Source: an uncultured Olsenella sp. (GTDB lineage Bacteria > Actinomycetota > Coriobacteriia > Coriobacteriales > Atopobiaceae). From it: a stretch of 49,944 bases of DNA. Shown piece after piece: positions 18,677-27,065 of this stretch; position 1 is the stretch's first letter; the number at the start of each line of letters is the position of its first letter. Position numbers and translations under genes: made by a program. The notes beneath the pieces were generated by a model. The model was not told the origin of the DNA. It did no database searches and worked only from the letters and a program-made list of their open reading frames with translations. The stretch is taken from NCBI GenBank assembly GCA_947253595.1, contig CAMXZR010000001.1, positions 1-49,944 of the forward strand, given 5' to 3'.

Positions 18677-20395
18677 TTAGTCCTCCTCGGTGGTCTTGAT
18701 CTTGGCGCTGGTGCCGAAGTGCTTGATGGCGAGGTTCATCAGGAGCACCGCGCCGTAGGTGATGGCAATGAGGATCGTGGCGAACGCGCAGGCGACGCCG
18801 TAGGCGCCCTTCTCGGCATATTCGTTGATCTGCACCGTGATGAGCAGGAACTGCGGGGTGACGAGCAGGATGATGGCCGAGATGGCGGTGATGGAGCGCA
18901 CGAAAGCGGTGACGAGGCCCGAGAGGAACGAGTCCTTGATCAGCGGCAGCGTGACGGTCATGAAGACCTGCAGCGAGTTGGCGCCCATGTCGTAGGCGGA
19001 CTCCTCGATGGACTTGTCGATCTGCCTCAGGGCCGAGATGCCCGAGCGCGTGCCGGTGGGCAGTGAGCGCACGATGAAGACTATGACCAGGATTGCGCCC
19101 GTGCCATAGAGCCCCTGCATGACCCCGGTGTGGAAGATGCCGCCCGAGAAGCCGCGGATGTAGCCGACGCCCAGGACGGTGCCGGGAACGGCCATGGCGA
19201 GCATGGACACCGCCTCGATGAAGCCCTTGGTGCGGAAGCTCCTCTTGACCACCAGGTAGGAGATGATCATGGAGAGGAGCGCCGTGATCGGGCTCGCGAT
19301 CAGCGACAGCAGGAAGGAGTCGCGGAAGGCCTGGAAGCCGTGGTGCATGGTGAAGACCTGCTGGAACCACTTGGTGGTCAGGCTGAAGTCGTAGCCCCAG
19401 GTCTTGAAGAGCGCGCCGAAGGGCACGCAGACATACATCATGATGACGAAGATCGCGATGGCGCCGCAGAGGGCCGAGAGTGGCAGGCGCACGGAACTGT
19501 CGGTGATGAGCATGCGCGCGCGGCTCGCCTTGCCGGTGAGGGTGGCCGTGGACTTCGCCTCGAGCACGTACTTCTGGACCACGAACATGGCCAGGGTGAT
19601 GAAGAGGAGCACCACGGCCATGGCGGCAGCGCCCTGCTTGTCATAGGCGCCAGTAATCTGCAGGTAGATCGAGGTCGCCAGCGTGTCGTAGGAGCCACCG
19701 ATGAGCATGGGGTTGGCGAAGTCGGCGATGGACTCGATGAAGGTCACCAGGAAGGCGTTGCCCAGGCCCGGAAGGACCAGGGGCAGCGTGACGGAGGTGA
19801 ACACCTTCCAGCGCGAGGCACCCATGTCGCGGGCGGCCTCCTCGAGAGAGGGGTCGATGTTCTTGAGCAAGCCGCGGAACATCATGTAGCAGACCGGGAA
19901 GAAGGTCAGGGTCTGCACCAGGGCGATGCCCCAGAAGCCATAGACGTTGTTGTCGTAGATGCCCAGCAGGTAGCGGGTGATGATGCCCGACTTGCCGAAG
20001 AGCATGATGACCGACAGCGAGAGCACGAATGGCGGCGAGACGACGGGCAGCATCGAGACGACCTTGAAGAGGCCACCCACGAACCTCGTCTTGAGCTGCA
20101 CGTATTCCTCCACGTAAGCGAAGAGCAGTCCGATGAGGGCCGCCAGTATGCCCACGAGGAAGCCGACCTTGAGCGTATTGGTAATCGCCGTGTCGAAGGA
20201 CGGCATCGACAGCACGCGCCTGAACACGTCGAGCGTGGGGCCGCCCTCGCCCACGATGCTGTCCACCATCAGGATGGCCAGCGGATACAGGATGAACAGC
20301 GTCAGAAACGCGATGAGAACGGCGATGGTGGTGACCATGATGGGGTCAGCCATCAGCTTCTTGCGGTCGAGCTGGGCGCTCTGGTTCCTTGCCAT
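18677..20395 (-). CDS. ABC transporter permease (FbpB/AfuB-like, two repeated halves)
   Basis: Two EAA loops (LEEAARDMGA, IEESAYDMGA); ADFANP motif. Confidence 0.92.
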   Translation of the reverse strand: MARNQSAQLDRKKLMADPIMVTTIAVLIAFLTLFILYPLAILMVDSIVGEGGPTLDVFRRVLSMPSFDTAITNTLKVGFLVGILAALIGLLFAYVEEYVQLKTRFVGGLFKVVSMLPVVSPPFVLSLSVIMLFGKSGIITRYLLGIYDNNVYGFWGIALVQTLTFFPVCYMMFRGLLKNIDPSLEEAARDMGASRWKVFTSVTLPLVLPGLGNAFLVTFIESIADFANPMLIGGSYDTLATSIYLQITGAYDKQGAAAMAVVLLFITLAMFVVQKYVLEAKSTATLTGKASRARMLITDSSVRLPLSALCGAIAIFVIMMYVCVPFGALFKTWGYDFSLTTKWFQQVFTMHHGFQAFRDSFLLSLIASPITALLSMIISYLVVKRSFRTKGFIEAVSMLAMAVPGTVLGVGYIRGFSGGIFHTGVMQGLYGTGAILVIVFIVRSLPTGTRSGISALRQIDKSIEESAYDMGANSLQVFMTVTLPLIKDSFLSGLVTAFVRSITAISAIILLVTPQFLLITVQINEYAEKGAYGVACAFATILIAITYGAVLLMNLAIKHFGTSAKIKTTEED

Positions 20396-20446
20396 TGCTC
20401 CCCTTCCCAGGTCGTAGGCCAATACGTCAGGCGCCCCTGAACAGAG

Positions 20447-20481
20447 GAGCCGGGTGGATGGAATGCCCACCCACCCGGCTC
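20447..20481 (-). other. Intercistronic stem-loop between binding-protein and permease genes
   Basis: Perfect 11-bp stem GAGCCGGGTGG/CCACCCGGCTC without a clear U tract. Confidence 0.55.
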
Positions 20482-20515
20482 GCAACCGTGTCAGGGACGT
20501 TGTGGGGCTTCGTCG

Positions 20516-21676
20516 CTACTCGGTCTGGAAGCGCTTGGTGTCGCCGGTGTCGGCACCAGAGCTGGCGAGCGCCTTCATGATGTCGTCGACGTAGGTCTCG
20601 GTGTTGGCCTTGGCGTCCTCGAAGTCGTAGTTCATGACGTTGTCAGGATCGAGACCGAACTGACTGACGACCTCGGGCTGCTTGGCGTCGTCAATGACCA
20701 GGAACTGGTAGGCACCGACCTCCTGGGCGCGCTCGACGCACTCGGGCGAGAGGGCATACTCGATCCAGAGCTTGGCGGCGTTGGGATGCTTCGCGCCCTT
20801 GAAGATCGCCGTTGCGCCGACCTCGTAGGAAGCTCCGGACGAGGGGATGGACATGCCGATGTTCCCGTAGCCGTTATCTACCATCTGGAATACGGCGTCA
20901 TGCAGGAAGCCCAGGCCGATGGTGCACTCGCCGGTACCAACGTTCTTGGAGGGGCCGGAGCCGGACTTGGTGTAGACCTGGACGTTCTTGTCGAGGTCTA
21001 CCAGGAACTTGATGCCCTCGTCGTGGCCGTACTTCTGGATGACGGTGTTGAGGATCAGCTTGGCCGTGCCGGCGGTGTTGTAGTTGGACATCCAGATGAG
21101 GTCCTTGTACTTCTCGTTCAGGAGGTCGGGCCAGTCGGTGGGAGCCTCGAGAGACTTGCGCCCGAGCTCATCCTTGTTGTAGAAGAAGCCCAGGATGCCC
21201 TTGTAGATGCCATACCAGTTCCCGTCGGGGTCCTTGTAGACGTCGCTGATGAGGTGGCTGGCGTTGTTGGCCTGGTAGGGCTCGAGGATGCCCTTGGTGA
21301 CGGCGACGTTGTAGGGGTCGGTGGTGCCGCCGAACCAGACGTCGGCAGATGGGTTGCCCTTCTCCTCCTCGACCTTGGACTCGACCTCACCGGTGGAGAG
21401 GCGCTGGTACTGGGTCTGGATGCCAAAGAGCTCCTGGAAGTGCTCGCAGCAGGCCGCGACGTGCGCCTCCTCGCAGGAGCCATACACCACGAGGGTGCCT
21501 TCCTTCTTGGCCGCGTCGATGACCTCCTTGGAGGCGATGCGGCTCAGGTCCTTGCCATCGTCCTTGGCGGTATCGGTAGACGAACCGTTGGACCCGCCGC
21601 CGCAGCCGACGAGACCTGCCGTCACTGCGAGAGCCGCAGAGCCGGCGAGGAAGTTCCTACGGGTAATCTGTGCCAT
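20516..21676 (-). CDS. ABC substrate-binding lipoprotein (FbpA/AfuA-like; iron or sugar-phosphate)
   Basis: ITRRNFL leader with lipobox LVGC; PSADVWFGGTTDP, YTKSGSGP and AKHPNAAKLW motifs. Confidence 0.85.
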   Translation of the reverse strand: MAQITRRNFLAGSAALAVTAGLVGCGGGSNGSSTDTAKDDGKDLSRIASKEVIDAAKKEGTLVVYGSCEEAHVAACCEHFQELFGIQTQYQRLSTGEVESKVEEEKGNPSADVWFGGTTDPYNVAVTKGILEPYQANNASHLISDVYKDPDGNWYGIYKGILGFFYNKDELGRKSLEAPTDWPDLLNEKYKDLIWMSNYNTAGTAKLILNTVIQKYGHDEGIKFLVDLDKNVQVYTKSGSGPSKNVGTGECTIGLGFLHDAVFQMVDNGYGNIGMSIPSSGASYEVGATAIFKGAKHPNAAKLWIEYALSPECVERAQEVGAYQFLVIDDAKQPEVVSQFGLDPDNVMNYDFEDAKANTETYVDDIMKALASSGADTGDTKRFQTE

Positions 21677-21854
21677 GTCGTCCCTCCATGAATGGTTTGG
21701 GCGGATGTTTGCTTGGGTCCGCTGGGACCCACTCTGCCTACCATGGCACCAAAGCGACCCGAGGTGCGACGCGAGGAAGGCAGATATCGCCAAACGGTAT
21801 GCAGAGACTGTTCAGTAGCATGTGGGCCGACCTTGAGGGTCGGCCCACAGGAAC

Positions 21855-22703
21855 CTACGCCTGGGCGAAGTATGCCAGGGCTATGCCCCCGGGACCCACG
21901 CGTGTGCCCACGGTGCTTCCCACGGTATGCACGGGAAGCTCGTCGAGCCTCCCCTCCCAGAGCCAGCGCGAGTCCTCGACGTACTTTTTGAGCAGGTGAT
22001 CCGAAAGGCCCGAGTAGCCGATGGCCAGTGGCAGCCCCACATCTATGCCCCCTGAGCGCTCCACCTCCTCGCTCAGGAGGTTGCGAGCGTTCTTGGAGCC
22101 CCGGGCCTTGCCCAACGTCACCACGGCCCCATCGCGAATCGCGACGACGGGCTTCACCTGCAGGACGGTGCCGATGCCCGCGCTCACCGCATCGATGCGC
22201 CCTCCACGGCGCAGGTACTCCAAGGTGTCGAGGAGCGCCACGAGCCTGATGTCGCCCCTCTTGCGGACAAGTCCCGAGACGATCTGCCCCGCGTCCCTCC
22301 CCTCGCCGGCAAGCCTCAGCGCGAGCTCCACGAGGATTCGCTGGCCCAGGCAGGCGTTGAGCGAGTCGACCACGTGCACGCGGCCCCCGAAGCCCTCGGC
22401 CGCGACGACGGCGCTCTGGTGCGTGCCGCTCAGCTTGCTCGAGACGGTGATGCAGACCACCTCGTCCCCGGGGCCCGCGAGCGCATCCGCGAAGGCACCC
22501 TGCCACTCGAAGGGCGTGACCTGCCCCGTGGTGGGGAGCTCCTCTCGCTCGACGAGGAGTTCGTAGAAGCGGGTATGGTCCAGGTCCACGCCATCGCGGA
22601 AGGTCTGGTTCCCGAAGCTGATGGAGAGGGGGACCACCCTCAGCCGGGAATCGTCGATGTCGTCTATGTCCGACGCGGAGTCGGTGATGATGCGCACTGC
22701 CAT
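21855..22703 (-). CDS. DegV family fatty-acid-binding protein (FakB-like)
   Basis: IITDSASD, PTTGQ, SSKLSGT, LEYLRRGGRI and VGPGGIAL motifs. Confidence 0.92.
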   Translation of the reverse strand: MAVRIITDSASDIDDIDDSRLRVVPLSISFGNQTFRDGVDLDHTRFYELLVEREELPTTGQVTPFEWQGAFADALAGPGDEVVCITVSSKLSGTHQSAVVAAEGFGGRVHVVDSLNACLGQRILVELALRLAGEGRDAGQIVSGLVRKRGDIRLVALLDTLEYLRRGGRIDAVSAGIGTVLQVKPVVAIRDGAVVTLGKARGSKNARNLLSEEVERSGGIDVGLPLAIGYSGLSDHLLKKYVEDSRWLWEGRLDELPVHTVGSTVGTRVGPGGIALAYFAQA

Positions 22704-22707
22704 GGTC

Positions 22708-23151
22708 CTACCTCTCGCCGATCTTGGACAGGTTGTCCCGGATGGAGCCGAGCGCGCGGTACATCGCCGCCCGGTCGGACTCGTCGACGCCGCAGGCTGC
22801 CCGGGTCACGACGTCCTCGATAATCTGGTTGGCCTCGCGCATGGTGAGCAGACCCTTATCGGTCAGGCGGATGGGCGTCCTGTAGCGCGTGCCCCCTGTG
22901 GGGACGTCGATCTCCACGAAGCCGGCGCGCTCGAGCGCCGCCACCGTGCGTGATACCGCCGCGCGGTCGTTGCCGATCAGGCGGGCGAGCTCCGAGGCCG
23001 TGTGGCCCGCAGGCTCTTGCTCCAGGTAATAGAGACACATGACGTCCGTGCCCTTGAGGCCGAAGCGCCGCATCTCCCGCGCCTTGATGCGATTGACCTC
23101 CTTGCCCACCGACGAGACCAGCCCGACGAATTCCTCGAAACGCGAATCCAC
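22708..23151 (-). CDS. MarR family transcriptional regulator
   Basis: ASELARLIGNDRAAVSRTVAALERAG...IRLTDKG winged helix; GTG start after AGGAGGG. Confidence 0.9.
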   Translation of the reverse strand: MDSRFEEFVGLVSSVGKEVNRIKAREMRRFGLKGTDVMCLYYLEQEPAGHTASELARLIGNDRAAVSRTVAALERAGFVEIDVPTGGTRYRTPIRLTDKGLLTMREANQIIEDVVTRAACGVDESDRAAMYRALGSIRDNLSKIGER

Positions 23152-23188
23152 GCCTCCCCCCTCCTGGGCCGGCTTCTGCGGCCCCTAC

Positions 23189-23236
23189 TTGTTGATGAGT
23201 CATCATTTTGGGGAACAAATATTGAGTAGTCAGCAA
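23189..23236. promoter_or_regulatory. Two candidate MarR operator palindromes
   Basis: TTGTTGA-TGAG-TCATCAT (23189) and ATATTGA-GTAG-TCAGCAA (23219), 30 bp apart, upstream of marR-degV. Confidence 0.55.
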
Positions 23237-23253
23237 TATTGGCAGGCGTCCAC

Positions 23254-23337
23254 GCGCAAACCACAGACGTGCTGCGCGCGAGGGGACGTTTTCCCCGGTC
23301 GAAGAAAAATGGCGCGCACCCTGCTCACGGGCTGCGC
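23254..23337 (-). repeat. Solo paired-palindrome element (GCGCA-N14-TGCGC x2, 36-nt spacer)
   Basis: Units at 23254 and 23314; minus-strand core CGACCGGGGAAAAC. Confidence 0.85.
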
Positions 23338-23385
23338 GCCAAAACCACCTTTTCTGTCGCCTCCGCCTCCACCGCCGCCGGCTGA

Positions 23386-24204
23386 CTAGATGAGCGAGAG
23401 GACCTCCCTCTTGCAGTCGAGGAAGTCCTGCGTGAGCGCGAACTCCGCAACGCTCGTGCCCGAGACGGGCCGGGGCACCACGAGCTCGCCGACGATGCGA
23501 CTGGGCACGCCGGAGCGCGGGTCACCGCGAAGGACGTACACCCTGCTCGCCATTGTCACGGCCTCGTCCACGTCATGGGTGATGACTAGAGAGGCGATGC
23601 CCAGGTCGGCCGCCATGTCGCAGTACCAGCTGCGCAGGTCGACCCTCGTGAGGGCGTCCAGGGCGGAGAAGGGTTCGTCCAGGAGGGCGACATCGTTGCC
23701 CATGAGGTAGGTGCGAAGGAAGGCAGCGCGTTGGCGCATCCCTCCCGAGAGCTCGGAGGGCCAAAGGCGCTCCGTCCCCAGGAGCCCGAAGCGCTCAAAG
23801 AGGGGCAGGGCCCTCTCGCGCGCCTCGGTGCGGTGCGTCCCCGCGATGGTCAGGGGCAGGCAGACGTTGTCGATGATGCGCCTGTTCGGAAGGAGGAGGT
23901 CCTTCTGCAGCATGTAGCTCACGCGCCCGGGGACGCCCGTCACGTCCTCGCCGTGGAGGAGCACCCGCCCCGCGAGCGGCCGGGAGAGTCCCGACAGGGC
24001 ATGCAGGATGGTGGTCTTGCCGCAGCCGGACTTGCCCACCAGGCAGGCCACCTCGCCGGGACGCAGCACGAGGCTCACGTCCTCGGCCACGACGCGCCCC
24101 CCGCCGTCCCAAGAGAGGGCGAGCCCGCACGCCTCGAGGGCTGGCGCCTCTCCCCCGCCCGGAGGCACTGGGGACGCGAAGCCCGTCTTCCGCTCCCCCC
24201 GCAC
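23386..24204 (-). CDS. ABC ATP-binding protein (TauB/SsuB/ThiZ-like)
   Basis: GKSGCGKT, LSGGMRQR, LLDEPFSALD and ITHDVDEA motifs. Confidence 0.92.
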   Translation of the reverse strand: MRGERKTGFASPVPPGGGEAPALEACGLALSWDGGGRVVAEDVSLVLRPGEVACLVGKSGCGKTTILHALSGLSRPLAGRVLLHGEDVTGVPGRVSYMLQKDLLLPNRRIIDNVCLPLTIAGTHRTEARERALPLFERFGLLGTERLWPSELSGGMRQRAAFLRTYLMGNDVALLDEPFSALDALTRVDLRSWYCDMAADLGIASLVITHDVDEAVTMASRVYVLRGDPRSGVPSRIVGELVVPRPVSGTSVAEFALTQDFLDCKREVLSLI

Positions 24205-24207
24205 CGC

Positions 24208-25242
24208 CTATGCCTCCAGGTAGTCCGCGGTCCAACCTGCGTCCACGTCGATCTTGTTGGAAACCAGGCCGTTGTCGTTGAGCCACCGGAAGTAACGCGC
24301 CCAGCGAGCCTTGTCTATGACGCCCCAGCTCGGAGCATCGGCGACGTACTGGTCCTTGAGATACGCCTGGCTCTGCCTCACCAGCGCGGCATCCAGCTCT
24401 GGGACCTCGGTGCAGAGCAGGTCCGCGGCGGCGTCGGGGTCCTTCGTGGCGAGCTCGTACCCGCGGCGGACGGCGCGCAGGAAGGCCTTGACCACTTCGG
24501 GGTTCTTGGACGCGAAGTCGGGATTTGCCGCGATGACCGGCGTGTAGAAGTCGAACACCTCATCCATGTCCTTGAAGCTGAAGTAGTTCACGTCATAGCC
24601 CTGGACGGCGGCGTTCTGGACCGCCCAGCCCTCATAGACCCAGACGGTGTCGAACATGTTGGAGCGCAGGCCGGCGATCTCGTCGTCCACGCTGTAGGGA
24701 ACCATCCTCACCTTGGAGTAGTTCCCGCCATCGGCCTCTACCACGTCCTTGATGGTTGCCTGCTCTATGGGCATGTCCCAGGTGGCATAGACGTGGTCCT
24801 CCATGCCCTTAGCGGAGGTGATCCCGTCCTCCCTGCGGCTCATGATGCCGGAGGTGTTGTGCTGCAGAATGGCGGCGACCGCCGTGACGGGGAGCTCCGG
24901 GGAGTTGCTGAGCACGTTGGCGATGTAGTCCTGGTAGCTCACGCCCAGCTGGGCCTGGCCGGAGCCGATCATGGTCTCGGCCGTGTCCTCGGCGGGCTGG
25001 ACGATGGTGACATCCAGCCCCTCCTCGGCGAAGTAGCCCTCGTGCTGGGCGACGTAGATGCCCGTGTGGTTGGTGTTGGGGGTATAGTCCAGGCAGAAGG
25101 TGATCTTGGTCTTCTCCTGGGAGGCGGCGGGGGCTAAGCCGTCCGTTTTGCAGCCCGCGAGCAGGAGCGATCCTGCGGCGATTCCCGAGGCGGCGGCGAA
25201 GCCGCGGCGGCTGAGGTTGGCGGGGGTAACGTGGCTGTTCAT
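24208..25242 (-). CDS. NMT1/THI5-like (ThiY-type) ABC substrate-binding lipoprotein
   Basis: LSRRGF leader with LAGC lipobox; LDYTPNTNHTGIYVA and DFYTPVI motifs; lies in a TPP-riboswitch operon. Confidence 0.9.
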   Translation of the reverse strand: MNSHVTPANLSRRGFAAASGIAAGSLLLAGCKTDGLAPAASQEKTKITFCLDYTPNTNHTGIYVAQHEGYFAEEGLDVTIVQPAEDTAETMIGSGQAQLGVSYQDYIANVLSNSPELPVTAVAAILQHNTSGIMSRREDGITSAKGMEDHVYATWDMPIEQATIKDVVEADGGNYSKVRMVPYSVDDEIAGLRSNMFDTVWVYEGWAVQNAAVQGYDVNYFSFKDMDEVFDFYTPVIAANPDFASKNPEVVKAFLRAVRRGYELATKDPDAAADLLCTEVPELDAALVRQSQAYLKDQYVADAPSWGVIDKARWARYFRWLNDNGLVSNKIDVDAGWTADYLEA

Positions 25243-25246
25243 CTCT

Positions 25247-26014
25247 CTATTTCCTCTCTGCCCTCTTCCAGGGCATGCAGATGCGTTGCAGAAGGTCGAC
25301 GCCGGCCATGAGGGCCAGCGAGAGCGCCGAGATCAGCATGATCACGGCGAACATGCGATCGTACGAGAAGGACTTGCGCACCCGGGTCATGTAGACACCC
25401 AGGCCCGAGAAGCCTCCCAGCCACTCGGCGATTACCGCGCCCACGATGGCGTAGGTGGCGCTGATGCGAAGGCCGCTGAAGAACTGCTCCGCGGCGGCGG
25501 GGAGCTTCGCTTCCCGGAAGACCTGCCAGCGCGTGGCGTTCATGGTGCGCATGAGGTCGAGGAGGTCGGGATCGACAGACCGGAAGCCCCCCACGAGCGA
25601 GACCGTCACCGGGAAGAAGGTGGTGAGCACGATGAGGACCACCTTGGGTGCCAGGCCATAGCCGAACCACAGCACCAGAAGCGGGGCGACGGCCACGGTC
25701 GGAATGGTCTGCGACAGGGTGATGAGAGGCTCGAAGGCCAGGTAGACGACCTCGAAGCGGTCCATGAGCACCGCGAAGGCGAAGCCCACGGCACAGCCTA
25801 TGGCAAGGCCCAGCGCCGCCTCGGCCAGGGTCGTCGCCGCATGGGAGGCAAGGAGCGGGAAGTCACCCGCCAGCGCGGCCACAACCTGGACAGGCGTGGG
25901 CAAAAGGAAGTTGGGCACGAGGCCCACCACCACGACGAGCTGCCACAGGACGAGGAGCGCCGCCATGGTGAGGAGCGGGACCAGGACCTTTCGCATGCGG
26001 GGAGGCAGGGCCAC
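25247..26014 (-). CDS. ABC permease (SsuC/ThiX-like)
   Basis: LLPTP, QTIPTVAVAPLLVLWFGYG and GAVIAEWLGG motifs. Confidence 0.9.
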   Translation of the reverse strand: MALPPRMRKVLVPLLTMAALLVLWQLVVVVGLVPNFLLPTPVQVVAALAGDFPLLASHAATTLAEAALGLAIGCAVGFAFAVLMDRFEVVYLAFEPLITLSQTIPTVAVAPLLVLWFGYGLAPKVVLIVLTTFFPVTVSLVGGFRSVDPDLLDLMRTMNATRWQVFREAKLPAAAEQFFSGLRISATYAIVGAVIAEWLGGFSGLGVYMTRVRKSFSYDRMFAVIMLISALSLALMAGVDLLQRICMPWKRAERK

Positions 26015-26355
26015 TAGGCCACCGCATCCCTGGAGGCGATGGCGAACTCGGAGTCCGTCTGGTGGTACTTGCCGATCTTGTGCTCGGTGGTCATGACGTC
26101 GCCGCCGGGACGGTATGAGATCTTCACATAGCTGGCGCTCTCGGCGCAGCCAGCCTCGGCACCCGCCTCGATGCAGCGCTTCACGAGTTCCATGCAGGCG
26201 TCGAAGTCGCCCTCGATGGCGGTCTCGAAGGGCCCGACGTAGTAGTCGAGGCCCGAGGCGTCGATCGCGGCGATCACCTCGTCCACGATGCGGCAGACCT
26301 CGTCGTCTGAGTCCGCATTCATGGGCAGGTATTGCAGGGCAACGGAACAGTTCAT
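26014..26355 (-). CDS. YkoF/MTH1187-like thiamine/HMP-binding protein
   Basis: SVALQYLP...VDEVIAAIDASGLDYYVGPFETAIEG motif; first gene after the TPP riboswitch. Confidence 0.85.
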   Translation of the reverse strand: MNCSVALQYLPMNADSDDEVCRIVDEVIAAIDASGLDYYVGPFETAIEGDFDACMELVKRCIEAGAEAGCAESASYVKISYRPGGDVMTTEHKIGKYHQTDSEFAIASRDAVA

Positions 26356-26423
26356 AGGCACTCCCCTCTGCGGGTTGCCGTGTGGCGGCCCGCCTAGACC
26401 GGGACCCGCGCGCAAGCGTGTGC

Positions 26424-26545
26424 CTTGGTCCCTACGCTGGCATTACCCAGATCAGGTACGGGCATCGCTCTTGTGAGGACACCCATGGGTCAGGGGCGCC
26501 TTGGCCCCAATCTCAGCCGGCGTGCGCCAGCTCCCCATTTGTCGA
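26424..26545 (-). ncRNA. TPP riboswitch (THI box) with an extra hairpin
   Basis: Minus strand reads GGGGAGC...GCTGAGA...GACCC...ACCTGATCTGGGTAATGCCAGCGTAGGGA; a TACAAT -10 candidate lies at 26551-26556. Confidence 0.93.
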
Positions 26546-26710
26546 CAAGCATTGTAGTGCTTTGGATGCGACACGTCACATGACCCCTGACGGGATGTCA
26601 GGGGGTAGGATGGCCCGCAGTTGGATTTGCCACCACCCTAATCCGATTTCGCGGACTAAAAGAAAGGGCGTCGGTCAGGGTACCCGTTAATTACCATGTC
26701 GAGCAATCGA

Positions 26711-26807
26711 CATTACCTAGGTCAGGCGCGGGCGGACCCCTTGTGAGGACGCCTGCCGGTCAGGGGTGCCTTGGTCCCGATCTCGACCGGCTTGCGCCAG
26801 CCCCCCC
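26711..26807 (-). repeat. Degenerate second copy of the TPP riboswitch
   Basis: Ungapped match to 26441-26536 at offset +270; 75/96 identical by hand count. Confidence 0.85.
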
Positions 26808-26891
26808 TTCGGACTGGCATCGTAGCGGCGGACGGTCCGTGCGGCACGGTTACCCGCCGGGCATTCACGCGGCGACCGCCGGGACGCGCGT

Positions 26892-26987
26892 GTCAGAACT
26901 GCGCATTGGCTTTCTTTCAGCCGATTGCGACCTGGGAAAACGTCCGCCGTCTCCACAACTCGGAGCTTCCGTGCGCAGTTTTTCGAC
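26892..26987 (+). repeat. Type-2 intergenic element (GCGCA-N66-TGCGC, core GACCTGGGAAAAC)
   Basis: Colinear with 40660-40752 between the GCGCA and TGCGC ends; terminal inverted repeat AACTGCGCA/TGCGCAGTT. Confidence 0.75.
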
Positions 26988-27065
26988 CCAGGTGGCCTGC
27001 GAGCGCGTCCGACCTGCAGTCCACACCGTCCTCCGTCGTGGCAGAATGGCCCCGAAGGGAGCCGC

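Noticed and set aside
17420..21691. Long plus-strand ORFs antisense to the ABC genes, and similar shadow ORFs throughout the window
   Set aside because: Expected stop-poor antisense frames of high-GC3 genes; no recognisable motifs.
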